In this document: piece after piece, positions 19,472 through 28,439 of the stretch
Layout of the letters: every line of letters begins with the position of its first letter
Numbering within the stretch: position 1 is the stretch's first letter
IMG/VR virus record: IMGVR_UViG_3300021378_000004
Origin: a virus
Length of the DNA: 64,000 nt
Direction: 5' to 3' (one strand)
Notes under the pieces: generated by a model
What the model was told of the DNA's origin: nothing
Databases searched by the model: none
Seen by the model: the letters and a program-made list of their open reading frames with translations, nothing else
Program-made: the position numbers and the translations under genes

Positions 19472-19873
19472 ATGTGGTATTATAATAATAAGCTTTACGA
19501 CACAACACCAGAAGACTTCCAAGGATTTGTATATGAGATTACTGAACTGGACACCAACAAGAAGTATATTGGAAAGAAGAATTTCTGGAAACCTAAGATC
19601 CTCCCCATCACTAAAAAACGTAAGAGACGAATACGAACGCGTGTCGAATCTGATTGGAAACAATACTACGGCTCGTCCAATGAAGTATGCAAACTTGTGG
19701 AAGAATACGGAACCGAAAAGTTTAGAAGAGAAATATTAAGACTCTGCAAAACAAAAGGTGAAATGTCATATCATGAAGCAAAGCTTCAATTTGAGAAAGA
19801 TGTATTACTTAGTGATGAATACTATAACAACTTTATTGGTTGTAAAATACACTCAAAACATTTAACATGTTAA
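19472..19873 (+). CDS. denA: GIY-YIG endonuclease, T4 EndoII-like
   Basis: GFVY..KYIGKK, WKQYYGSS, FRREIL, YYN. Confidence 0.75.
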   Translation: MWYYNNKLYDTTPEDFQGFVYEITELDTNKKYIGKKNFWKPKILPITKKRKRRIRTRVESDWKQYYGSSNEVCKLVEEYGTEKFRREILRLCKTKGEMSYHEAKLQFEKDVLLSDEYYNNFIGCKIHSKHLTC

Positions 19874-19904
19874 CAACAAACTTTGAAAAAAGTGCATTTT
19901 TTCC

Positions 19905-19933
19905 TTTACAAACCCGTTTTTTTATGGTATAAT
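19905..19933 (+). promoter_or_regulatory. early promoter
   Basis: TTTACA-N17-TATAAT with TGG extension. Confidence 0.85.
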
Positions 19934-19966
19934 ATATCTATAAAATCAAAAAAGCGGAGAAATTTT

Positions 19967-20113
19967 ATGGAAAATCCCAAATCAAATATCATCGACTTTC
20001 AAAAAAAAGTTGATGAGAAGTTCGTAAAAGAAAATGAAGTAACTCTAACTTTAGACGATGATGATAACACTGAATTTGTCTTTGAAATGGATATTGATGA
20101 TGAGAACTTATAG
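19967..20113 (+). CDS. small acidic early protein (48 aa)
   Basis: Start at 19967 after GGAG; D/E-rich C-terminus. Confidence 0.6.
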   Translation: MENPKSNIIDFQKKVDEKFVKENEVTLTLDDDDNTEFVFEMDIDDENL

Positions 20114-20231
20114 TGAAGTAGAATTATTAAAATTGCAATTAGCAGAAGAAACTAAAGAAAAATATGCTTTATATAAAAGAATTAAAGAGCTAAATGAAAA
20201 ACTTGAAATGTATGAAAATAAAACTAGTTAA
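20097..20231 (+). CDS. small coiled-coil protein (44 aa)
   Basis: Hand-translated MMRTYSEVELLKLQLAEE... Confidence 0.5.
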   Translation: MMRTYSEVELLKLQLAEETKEKYALYKRIKELNEKLEMYENKTS

Positions 20232-20250
20232 CATGTTATGTTTATTTTCC

Positions 20251-20279
20251 TTTACATTTGCAAAAAACTATGGTATAAT
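20251..20279 (+). promoter_or_regulatory. early promoter
   Basis: TTTACA-N17-TATAAT. Confidence 0.85.
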
Positions 20280-20330
20280 ATAAGTATAAAATTAAAAAAG
20301 AGGTTTTAAAAATGACATAGCAAAAGTAAA

Positions 20331-20485
20331 GGTTGAGAGATTGAATAAGGGAGAGCGATAGGCTCGACAATCTCAGAGGTTTACAAGTCTGGTTGGACTC
20401 AAGGAACCATAACCTACAATAAAAGCAACCCGCTTCTACCGCCGAGGGGCATACCTAGGTAGAAGTGATTGTTAGAGAGCCCCTC
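20331..20485 (+). ncRNA. candidate structured RNA (multibranch domain plus H-type pseudoknot)
   Basis: GC-richer gap with no annotated ORF, behind a promoter, with several complementary pairings (see findings). Confidence 0.5.
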
Positions 20486-20515
20486 AAAGAATTTTAACGA
20501 ATAGGAGAGTGGCAA

Positions 20516-20761
20516 TTGCCAAGCCCATCAGAGATACAATCGATGCTTCCACTATTTTTTCAACTCCTCTTCTTCGCAGTAGCTGGAGCATTGATTGTAG
20601 GTGTATTCTTTTCCATAGTTGGTTGGTTCTTTCGTAATGCAATTGTTATTATGATAATAGTTGCAATACTATTTGCCATCAACTATGGATATATCGATTT
20701 AACTAAATTATTTGGAGCTGTACAATATGACAATGCATCTATTACCAATCTATTACAATGA
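20516..20761 (+). CDS. 2-TM membrane protein
   Basis: TTG start after AGGAG, two hydrophobic segments. Confidence 0.65.
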   Translation: MPSPSEIQSMLPLFFQLLFFAVAGALIVGVFFSIVGWFFRNAIVIMIIVAILFAINYGYIDLTKLFGAVQYDNASITNLLQ

Positions 20762-21086
20762 CAATAGTACTAAAAAGAAGAAGCCATTTCGCAAACCAGG
20801 TTGGATTAAAGCACAAGCTGAGCATGATAAATGGTTAAAAGCTCGAGGCGTACATCCGGATCAGCTTAAGAATAAATCAAAAGACTCTGGTAATAAAGTA
20901 CCAGTATATAGCAATAGTAATTCAATACCTACATCTAATTATGTTGGTCGTGTTGCAACTAAAAAAACTGCTAATCAATATACTGGTGATTATATTACAG
21001 GTATTGCTACTATGCATAAATCCAATATGGTACCAGTCAATAAAGATACAAACGTTGTTGATTATGCTACCATGCGTAGAAACTAA
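20727..21086 (+). CDS. conserved hypothetical protein
   Basis: YTGD..GIATMHKSNMVPV motif of T4-like phages. Confidence 0.7.
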   Translation: MTMHLLPIYYNDNSTKKKKPFRKPGWIKAQAEHDKWLKARGVHPDQLKNKSKDSGNKVPVYSNSNSIPTSNYVGRVATKKTANQYTGDYITGIATMHKSNMVPVNKDTNVVDYATMRRN

Positions 21087-21109
21087 TTAACATGTTATGT
21101 TTATTTTAG

Positions 21110-21138
21110 TGTACATTTGCATAAAAGCATGGTATAAT
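21110..21138 (+). promoter_or_regulatory. early promoter
   Basis: TGTACA-N17-TATAAT; context nearly identical to 20228-20300. Confidence 0.8.
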
Positions 21139-21170
21139 ATAAGTATAAAATTAAAAAGGGAGTTTAATTT

Positions 21171-21347
21171 ATGGCTAATTTAAATAGAATGATAGATGAT
21201 CTAGAAATGTTATCAATAGAAGAGCAAGATGAACTTGCTCAAAGACTTCTAGATAGAAATAGTGGACTAGCAGTCACCTTATCCACTAAGATTAATATAG
21301 CTCATCAGGATAAGTTTTATACTGATTCTGTCGTGGATTCTCAATAA
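21171..21347 (+). CDS. small acidic hypothetical protein (58 aa)
   Basis: Hand-translated, GGGAG RBS. Confidence 0.6.
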   Translation: MANLNRMIDDLEMLSIEEQDELAQRLLDRNSGLAVTLSTKINIAHQDKFYTDSVVDSQ

Positions 21348-21592
21348 TGAAGAATCCTATTGCTAAATACTTAATGTGCGCATATGCTTATTATCAGCTT
21401 GATACTAACTTAATTCCAGATAGTGAATTTGATCAACTAGCAAAAGATATTCTTGCAAATTACGATAACATCGAACATATGCATAAGTATTTAGTTACTA
21501 AAAAAGATTTAGACGCTGGTACTTATCTTGGGGAATATCCAACTATAGTACGAAGTGCTACAAAGCAATACATTAAAATCAATAACATATAA
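21347..21592 (+). CDS. stand-alone NAD+-dependent DNA ligase domain Ia-like protein
   Basis: AYYQLD..IPDSEFDQL matches the LigA Ia YY..D...I.D.EYD pattern. Confidence 0.65.
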   Translation: MKNPIAKYLMCAYAYYQLDTNLIPDSEFDQLAKDILANYDNIEHMHKYLVTKKDLDAGTYLGEYPTIVRSATKQYIKINNI

Positions 21593-21605
21593 ATGGGAGT
21601 TTAGT

Positions 21606-22757
21606 ATGGGATTAAAGAAATTACAAACAAAGAAATTAAAAAAGAAAACCGTAAGATCAAGAGCAAGAACTGGTCTTGCTGGTGTACCAATTGAAAAAGG
21701 TTTTGACGCAGTAAAAAATTATTTTCATTTAGAAGTTGATAAAAAAGATTGTATCAATCAGGTTAAAACGTGGGTTAAGAAAAACTTTCCAAAACCATCT
21801 AAATATATTTTAGCAAATCCAGAGTATTGTTTTACAATGTCACATCATGGTGCTACTGCATTTTGGTATAATAATGATTTAAATAAAACATATGAGTCTG
21901 AAAAGGCTGCTGAATTTTTATCACATCTATTTGATAGAATGATACCTCTTATTGATAAAGGTAAAGTTTTACTTGAAGAAAAACAAAGAGAGAAAAAAGA
22001 TAATGGTAATATCATAACCTTATCGCCACAAGATAAATTGGTGCGTAAGATTAAGAATACTATAATACAAGAATTACTTGAACTAGAAGACAAGTGGATT
22101 GATGGTGATGATGCCACTTTTAACATATACGATAGATTCAAGTACCACGGCTTAACAAACACTGCAATCAGTCACGTTAAGCCTATGATTGAGGGTTGGC
22201 TACTTGATTATGAAGATGCTTACCATAAGAGATGTGATCAGGCAGTAGAAGGTTACTCCCACCTTAAAAGGTCAACTCTCAATCAACGAATTAAACTATG
22301 TACAACTATGATTGAAGATCTTGAAAGAATAAGATCAGCAACTAAAGCTTCTCGTACAATTAAGATTAAGAAGCCTACATCAGCCGACAAACAGGTTGCC
22401 AAGATACAATACAAAAAAGAAGATAATGACTTCAAGATTGTATCGATACATCCTATACAAATTATTGGGAAAACAAAATTATATATTTTCAATACAAAAT
22501 ACAGAGAGATGTGTTATTACGAAACAGCAGCTCCACGCGGTTTTGAAATCTCTGGTACTACTATCAAAAACTTTGATAGAGAATCAAGTTTTAAAATTAA
22601 ATTTAGAAAGCCATTAGAATTTTTTCCTGTTATTCTTACAAAGAATTATAAACAAATAACAAAGTTTCTTGAAGAAAAAGCAAAGTCATCAAAACGTAAA
22701 GAAGCTAATGGCCGAATTAACAAAGATACAATATTATTAAGGGTTTTAGACAAATGA
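21606..22757 (+). CDS. conserved T4-like hypothetical protein
   Basis: QAVEGYSHL, G..ISGTTI.NFD, RKP, NGRIN..TILL; upstream of gp33. Confidence 0.7.
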   Translation: MGLKKLQTKKLKKKTVRSRARTGLAGVPIEKGFDAVKNYFHLEVDKKDCINQVKTWVKKNFPKPSKYILANPEYCFTMSHHGATAFWYNNDLNKTYESEKAAEFLSHLFDRMIPLIDKGKVLLEEKQREKKDNGNIITLSPQDKLVRKIKNTIIQELLELEDKWIDGDDATFNIYDRFKYHGLTNTAISHVKPMIEGWLLDYEDAYHKRCDQAVEGYSHLKRSTLNQRIKLCTTMIEDLERIRSATKASRTIKIKKPTSADKQVAKIQYKKEDNDFKIVSIHPIQIIGKTKLYIFNTKYREMCYYETAAPRGFEISGTTIKNFDRESSFKIKFRKPLEFFPVILTKNYKQITKFLEEKAKSSKRKEANGRINKDTILLRVLDK

Positions 22758-22996
22758 AAATAGAAGAACAATTTTTAACAAAGTCTAAATTTACGAAGCT
22801 TATCGAAAATGTCGTAGCAGAATCTAAGATGCCATATATGGATGCCATCATTAAAGTCTGTGAAACTAACGATATAGAATTAGAAGACATTCGAAAATTT
22901 ATATCACCAGTTATTAAAGATAAGCTTGAAGCAGAGGCAATGGATTTGAATTATTTACCTAAGAAAAATGCCATTGACTTATCACTATTCAACTAA
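22754..22996 (+). CDS. 33: late transcription coactivator gp33
   Basis: F..IE..V...YMDAII..CE..IE..ISPVIKDKLEAEA..LNYL; precedes gp32. Confidence 0.85.
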   Translation: MKIEEQFLTKSKFTKLIENVVAESKMPYMDAIIKVCETNDIELEDIRKFISPVIKDKLEAEAMDLNYLPKKNAIDLSLFN

Positions 22997-23057
22997 ACAC
23001 TGTGTATATATACTACTATATTTCAGTTAATATTTCAGCAAATAAGGAGACAATACA

Positions 23058-23942
23058 ATGTCATTCGCTACACTAAAACGCAATCGCGGTTCTAATCTCA
23101 ATAAAATTATCAAAGCAGCAGAAGCCACTACTAGTGGTGAAACTAAGTCATATATCGACGATAGAATATGGAAACCAACTGTCGATAAAGCAGGTAATGG
23201 TTACGCTGTTATCAGATTTCTTCCTGGTACAGAAGAGAACCTTCCATTTGTAAGATATTGGGATCACGGTTTTAAAGGCCCTACTGGTCAATGGTATATT
23301 GAAAACTCATTAACTTCAATTGGTCAACCTGATCCAGTTGGTGAGCTTAACTCAAGACTATGGAACTCAGGCATAGAATCTGATAAAGATAGAGCAAGAA
23401 CTCAAAAAAGAAGATTACATTACGTAACTAATATTTACGTAGTAAGTGATCCGTCTGCACCTCAAAATGAAGGTAAGGTATTCTTATATAAATTTGGTAA
23501 GAAAATCTTTGATAAGATTTCAGACATTATGAATCCTTCATTTGCTGATGAGACACCAGTAGATCCATTCGATTTTTGGGAAGGCGCTGATTTTAAACTT
23601 AAGATCAGAAATGTTGAAGGTTATAGAAACTATGACAAATCTGAATTTGCTTCAGCAGCATCACTATTAAATGCAGATGAAGCTCAATTAGAAGAAGTCT
23701 ATGGTAAGTTACATGACTTATCAGAGTTTACTAATCCTAAAAACTATAAGTCATATGATGATCTTAAATCAAAATTGATGAGAGTATTAGGTGAGCAATC
23801 AAACGCTGGTGCCTATACTATGAAAGAAGAGATTAAGTTAAATGAACCAATGCCAGCTATTGAGCCGGTTACTGCTGAAGAAATGAGCAGTGAAGATGAA
23901 GATACTTTATCTTATTTCTCTAAACTTGCAAAGCAAGATTAA
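23058..23942 (+). CDS. 32: single-stranded DNA-binding protein gp32
   Basis: DKAGNGYAVIRFLP, WYIENSL, GKKIFDKI, NYDKSEF, acidic tail. Confidence 0.95.
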   Translation: MSFATLKRNRGSNLNKIIKAAEATTSGETKSYIDDRIWKPTVDKAGNGYAVIRFLPGTEENLPFVRYWDHGFKGPTGQWYIENSLTSIGQPDPVGELNSRLWNSGIESDKDRARTQKRRLHYVTNIYVVSDPSAPQNEGKVFLYKFGKKIFDKISDIMNPSFADETPVDPFDFWEGADFKLKIRNVEGYRNYDKSEFASAASLLNADEAQLEEVYGKLHDLSEFTNPKNYKSYDDLKSKLMRVLGEQSNAGAYTMKEEIKLNEPMPAIEPVTAEEMSSEDEDTLSYFSKLAKQD

Positions 23943-25720
23943 GTACCAAACCCGAACTGGTCCTTCATATCAATTGTAGGACCAGATGATATTAATGCAG
24001 TTTGAGTGTTGTTAACAACATTTGAACTGTAATTATCAGAATTTAATTTGTTACCAGTGGATATGTTATTAACACCAGCTTGGCCAACACCTTCCATATT
24101 ATACATATTATTTTTTAATCTTTGATTATAATCGTTCTTTGCAAATTTTAAATCTGGACTTGTCAATCCGATAGACGAACTTATATCTTGAAATTGTCCA
24201 CCGTACATATCTTTTGCATTTGCTTTTTTTCTAACTTCGCTTAAAGATCCCATTAGATTTTTTTGACTTTCATTCATTTTTGGATTTCCACCCATAAAAA
24301 AATCAGCTAACATTTCACCTGCTACGTTAGGTGCTAACATACCTAATATACCACCAATACCGCCACCTAATACTGCGCCTTTAGGACCAATTCCTAAACC
24401 ACCAATTGCTGCGCCTATACCAGCAAAAGCCATAGAGTTAAGTTCTGTTCCTAATATGCCTCCTAATTGTTTTTTCTTTTCTTCTTCAGATACACTAGAT
24501 GCTAAAACGTCTTGCACGTCACTCATTGCAAATACTGCACTTAATGCTGCAAGAGGGCCAAATCCTTTTAAAAATTTAAGTACTCCTGATTTACTAAATA
24601 TACGAGGATATTTTTTAGGCATATCCATATCTTTTGGAGTTTTATCAGCGTTATAAAGTTGGCCACCTACGTTTTTACCATTAATTTTTGTGCCTTTAGC
24701 ATAACGTTTTATATTAGGTTGGCTTTTAGCTTGTTTAGATCGCGCAGCGTCATCATCTGCAGTTGGTGCTCCTCTATCTGTTAAACCCTTAATAGCTTTA
24801 AATCCTAAATATCCACCACCTGCAGCTAATGCTGTAGAAGCTAATGCTGTATCTCCGCCAAATGTTCCGTTTTCACCAAATAGATCCATTCCTATTTTTC
24901 CAGCTGCAGCTCCACCTATCAAAGATATTAAACCTTTTTTAGTTAAGGCAAACTTAGCTAAAAATTTAAGAGCTTTTAAAAATTTACCGGGCATAAGCAA
25001 GAACGCAACTGATCCTAGTAAACCAATGGCTGATCCCCAATTCTTTTTAAACTCTTCATTATCAAATCCTGACTCAGTAAATCCTTTTATTGCTGTTAAT
25101 CCTTTTGTTGCACTGCCTCCAATAAACTTTACTATATTATCAAAACTTGGTAAGAACCCTAATATCGGCTTAAGGTTTTCGGCAAACTTATCCCATTTTT
25201 CTTTTACGTTTGTGCCAATATCTTTTAGTATACCTTTATTCTTTTCAGTTGCAAGTAAACCTAATGCAGCAAATATAGGAATAAATCTTTTTCCTAAAAG
25301 CATGCCAAGTCCAGCGCCTTGAATACCTCTTGATACAGTATCTTTAAAGTCTTTTGGAAAGTCATCACCTAATATGGCATCAGCTATTTGATCTGAAAAG
25401 CCTATTAAGCCTAAACCTGGAAGTCTTTTTAATACTGCTGATCCAACTTTAGTTCCTAATCCCAATAATCCACCAGCGCCTAAGCCTGCAAGTCCAGCCT
25501 TAAAATTACTCCCAAACCCGCCACCACTAGAGCTATTATTAGCTCTTGCTTCAGCTTTAACAATTTTCTTTTCATTAGCCTTTGCTTCTCTTTCAGCTTC
25601 TAAATCTTTTGCTTTTTGTTTTTCAATATATTTAACAAACGCGCTTATACCTTTACTTGTTTCTTTAGTGTTATTTGAAACTTCTAAAAGCGTATCGTTT
25701 ACTTGTGCTAATGTCGTCAT
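23939..25720 (-). CDS. putative tail tape-measure / gp29-like hub protein
   Basis: 593 aa, G/A-rich helical with hydrophobic segments, downstream of gp26/gp51; similar length to T4 gp29. Confidence 0.55.
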   Translation of the reverse strand: MTTLAQVNDTLLEVSNNTKETSKGISAFVKYIEKQKAKDLEAEREAKANEKKIVKAEARANNSSSGGGFGSNFKAGLAGLGAGGLLGLGTKVGSAVLKRLPGLGLIGFSDQIADAILGDDFPKDFKDTVSRGIQGAGLGMLLGKRFIPIFAALGLLATEKNKGILKDIGTNVKEKWDKFAENLKPILGFLPSFDNIVKFIGGSATKGLTAIKGFTESGFDNEEFKKNWGSAIGLLGSVAFLLMPGKFLKALKFLAKFALTKKGLISLIGGAAAGKIGMDLFGENGTFGGDTALASTALAAGGGYLGFKAIKGLTDRGAPTADDDAARSKQAKSQPNIKRYAKGTKINGKNVGGQLYNADKTPKDMDMPKKYPRIFSKSGVLKFLKGFGPLAALSAVFAMSDVQDVLASSVSEEEKKKQLGGILGTELNSMAFAGIGAAIGGLGIGPKGAVLGGGIGGILGMLAPNVAGEMLADFFMGGNPKMNESQKNLMGSLSEVRKKANAKDMYGGQFQDISSSIGLTSPDLKFAKNDYNQRLKNNMYNMEGVGQAGVNNISTGNKLNSDNYSSNVVNNTQTALISSGPTIDMKDQFGFGT

Positions 25721-25726
25721 ATTATT

Positions 25727-25849
25727 TTACCTTTGTTCGTTTCTAGCTTTTTCTTCTATAAACTCATTTAGTAATATTAAATAAACCTCTCTCTCCCACG
25801 GTAACATTTGTTCTAACTCTGTTAAAGAATAATTAAAATGTTGCATCAT
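25727..25849 (-). CDS. 51: gp51-like baseplate hub assembly protein (possibly made as a gp26 frameshift fusion)
   Basis: Hand-translated MMQHFNYSLTELEQMLPWEREVYL. Confidence 0.8.
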   Translation of the reverse strand: MMQHFNYSLTELEQMLPWEREVYLILLNEFIEEKARNEQR

Positions 25850-25899
25850 CAAAAAATTAGTCTTGAAGAAATTCTCCAAGGTTTCATGAGAGAGGTTAA

Positions 25900-26622
25900 T
25901 TAAAAAAAATCATTAAGACCGTTCAGTTGTATAGTATTTTCATGCTTACACTTTTTACATTCATATTTTTCAGTATGAGTTAATGTTGGCATTTTTTCTA
26001 CAAAAGATGTAATTTTTTCTAATTGCTCATTTGTTAATGAATTTATAAACCTTTCTATCTCTTCCTTTGGTTCGTCTTTAACCATAATATTTTCATTTTC
26101 AGTTTTTACACTATAAAGACATGACATAATCGATTCAAATAAAACTTCAGCTACAGAACCATCTGTTTTACCTAAAATATTGTTACTAATAATATCTTGA
26201 TATGTTGGATATTTTAACTCTACAACAATATCATCTGTAATAGAAACATTTTTTTCTGTTTCCCAATTATCATTAGTTTTAATATCAATAGTTTGTAAAT
26301 CTATTTTGACTTCATTTTCTTCATTACATTCTTCACAAGGATGTAATAATTGAGTAGTTTCACCTACTGATTTAGATCTTACTTGTGTAAACATATAATC
26401 AACATCAAATGTTGCAAGATTGTTTACATCGATTCCTTGTACACACGTTTCTAAACAGCTTAACATAGAGTTTAGTATTTGCTTAGAATCTTTTGATTCG
26501 AATGCTACAAGTAATACTTTTTGTTCTTTTACTAAAAAAGGCCGATATTTAACAACTTCTTTAGTTGATGGTACCGTCATTTCATATTTTGGTACATCAT
26601 TTTGTAATTGAGGTAACCCCAT
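25900..26622 (-). CDS. 26: baseplate hub assembly protein gp26
   Basis: VKYRPFLVKEQKVLL, RSKSVGE, two CxxC, ends GLNDFF. Confidence 0.9.
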   Translation of the reverse strand: MGLPQLQNDVPKYEMTVPSTKEVVKYRPFLVKEQKVLLVAFESKDSKQILNSMLSCLETCVQGIDVNNLATFDVDYMFTQVRSKSVGETTQLLHPCEECNEENEVKIDLQTIDIKTNDNWETEKNVSITDDIVVELKYPTYQDIISNNILGKTDGSVAEVLFESIMSCLYSVKTENENIMVKDEPKEEIERFINSLTNEQLEKITSFVEKMPTLTHTEKYECKKCKHENTIQLNGLNDFF

Positions 26623-26634
26623 TCATTTCACTCC

Positions 26635-27327
26635 TTATAATACATCAATCCCACCAAGAGGTGTATCAATGTCCATATTAATAAATCCTTGAGTATTTGA
26701 TGATCTTTTCCAATTAGTGTAAGCAAATGTTACAGTTAATTGAACTAAACCATCTAATTCATTATTTAGTTCTATTGCACTTGTCGCTATAGGAAAGGCC
26801 TCAAGAAGGTCAACTGAATAAACAGTTCCACCACCAATTCCTGCGTTAAATCTTATTGGTCCTATTTGTTTACTCACACCAGCTAAAGGTTGTCTGAGTT
26901 GGTGTATTGTAATAGTTCTAGCATATTGACTTTTATAGTTACTGGTAAACGCATTACTTCCTTCTTCTGGAATTGCAGTATTTCTCCAAGCATCAAAATA
27001 TTCTTTAACACCATAATCATTCATAAGATAAAAAGTCATACTTACATCGTCAACAGCATAACCATAAGCAACTTTTTGAAATTCCATTCCAATGCGTCTT
27101 TCACTTGTTAGCGTAACTTTTGCAGGTAACGTTGCATTTGAACACAATATATTTAATTCTCTTCCAGAAGCTCCGCCTCCGCCACCAGTTAAAAGACCAA
27201 CAATACCATTTAAAAGACCTCCACTTCCACCGAAGCTTGTTGGCATTGTTACTAGAAATCTGTTTGGTCTCGCAAATCCTAATTTGGTATTAGCTAAAGC
27301 TTTTAATTCGTCTACTGTATTAGCCAT
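26635..27327 (-). CDS. tail-tube-fold baseplate protein (gp54-like)
   Basis: ARPNRF, C..ATLP, EAFP, LTVTFAY..W. Confidence 0.65.
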   Translation of the reverse strand: MANTVDELKALANTKLGFARPNRFLVTMPTSFGGSGGLLNGIVGLLTGGGGGASGRELNILCSNATLPAKVTLTSERRIGMEFQKVAYGYAVDDVSMTFYLMNDYGVKEYFDAWRNTAIPEEGSNAFTSNYKSQYARTITIHQLRQPLAGVSKQIGPIRFNAGIGGGTVYSVDLLEAFPIATSAIELNNELDGLVQLTVTFAYTNWKRSSNTQGFINMDIDTPLGGIDVL

Positions 27328-27910
27328 TTGCTATCTTCCTTGAATCTGAATATACTCTTCCAGCAGAAGCTTTCTTCCAACTTGCTGTTGGCATAAAAGT
27401 TACAATCTCCCACTCTGGTGCTGGTACTTGTGCAAACTTAGATTTAACATGATCTATTAAATAATGTTTAAAACAAGGTTGAAAGTATTTAAATTTAGCA
27501 GCGCCTTTAAGCAATCTATATGTTAAATTAAAACGTGTTGATTCGTTATAACTTTTGTTATTAACTAAATCAAGTAAACTATCTAAAAACTTTGCTCGTA
27601 AAACAGGTGGTATATAATGCAAGTTTAAACCTCTAAAACCCCCCGGTGCTTTTTCAACTGGTATTACTAAAGGAAACGTATCGTAATACGGAAGTTTATC
27701 TTTAAGTTTAGGATCATAAAAGAACATCATCATACTTCCTAATAAAGGTGAATTTACTTTATTAACACCTTCTTCTCTCATTAAAGATTCCCGGTTAACT
27801 CTCGTTAAACTTTGTACACGTTTACGAAACCAATCGCGTGATTCATCTGTACGTGGTGTAATACCTTTTCTAAAAGCTTCAAGTTCTAGTTTTTGAAATA
27901 AGTTACTCAT
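27320..27910 (-). CDS. 2: DNA end protector gp2
   Basis: FFYDPK.KDKLPYYD.FPL, GLNLHY, CFKHYL. Confidence 0.9.
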   Translation of the reverse strand: MSNLFQKLELEAFRKGITPRTDESRDWFRKRVQSLTRVNRESLMREEGVNKVNSPLLGSMMMFFYDPKLKDKLPYYDTFPLVIPVEKAPGGFRGLNLHYIPPVLRAKFLDSLLDLVNNKSYNESTRFNLTYRLLKGAAKFKYFQPCFKHYLIDHVKSKFAQVPAPEWEIVTFMPTASWKKASAGRVYSDSRKIANG

Positions 27911-27915
27911 GAATC

Positions 27916-27923
27916 TATTTATA
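27916..27923 (-). promoter_or_regulatory. late promoter TATAAATA
   Basis: Exact consensus just upstream of gp2. Confidence 0.75.
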
Positions 27924-28422
27924 TCTTTTTCTTACGCTTTTTTCTAAATGGTTTCATTGGAGTATACTTCTTAAGTTTTCCAGGAACTGGCTTATTCAAC
28001 AATTTCATTTCTTGTAAAGTTTTTTCAGTCCACACATGAAATTCCCATCCACGATCTTGAGCATATTCATTTGCAGCTTCCCACTTATTCATATTTTTTA
28101 CATAAGTAAGGCCTTCAGCAATATATCTTTTAGTTTTTCTTGCACTTACTGGTGGAACGGTTTCTTTTTCTGGTTTTATTTCAACTAAGATCGTTTTTTC
28201 TTCAAACACTATTTTTAAATCAACATAGTATTTGTGATACTTTTTATCAACGTCATAATAGTATGGAATGATAACTTCTTCTGAACTCCATCCTTTTACT
28301 TTATCGTTACTATCACACCAATTAAATGCAGCTCTTTCCCACAATGATCTATATACAACCGAAGATGGATCTCCTTTGTATTTTGATTTATTTTTGACTT
28401 GGTATCTTCCTGAATATCCCAT
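27919..28422 (-). CDS. 4: head completion nuclease gp4
   Basis: KYKGDP..VYRSLWE, WSSEE, EIKP, N..KWEAA. Confidence 0.92.
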   Translation of the reverse strand: MGYSGRYQVKNKSKYKGDPSSVVYRSLWERAAFNWCDSNDKVKGWSSEEVIIPYYYDVDKKYHKYYVDLKIVFEEKTILVEIKPEKETVPPVSARKTKRYIAEGLTYVKNMNKWEAANEYAQDRGWEFHVWTEKTLQEMKLLNKPVPGKLKKYTPMKPFRKKRKKKI

Positions 28423-28431
28423 GAAATCCGT

Positions 28432-28439
28432 TATAAATA
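28432..28439 (+). promoter_or_regulatory. late promoter TATAAATA
   Basis: Exact consensus upstream of the baseplate operon. Confidence 0.8.

Noticed and set aside
19862-19873. CtrA box
   Set aside because: Spacing is TTAA-N4-TTAA, not the canonical N7.
19472-19873. Mobile homing endonuclease
   Set aside because: Short single-domain GIY-YIG with EndoII-like motifs and no extra DNA-binding domain.
19883-19966. 5' extensions in the ORF track (19883, 13576, 21555, 6526, 11177, 20712)
   Set aside because: They overlap promoters or upstream genes; downstream ATGs have better RBSs.
20331-20485. Cobalamin riboswitch, tRNA or tmRNA identity for the structured RNA
   Set aside because: No B12 box, cloverleaf, TPsiC arm or CCA end recognisable; it also lies downstream of nrdJ.
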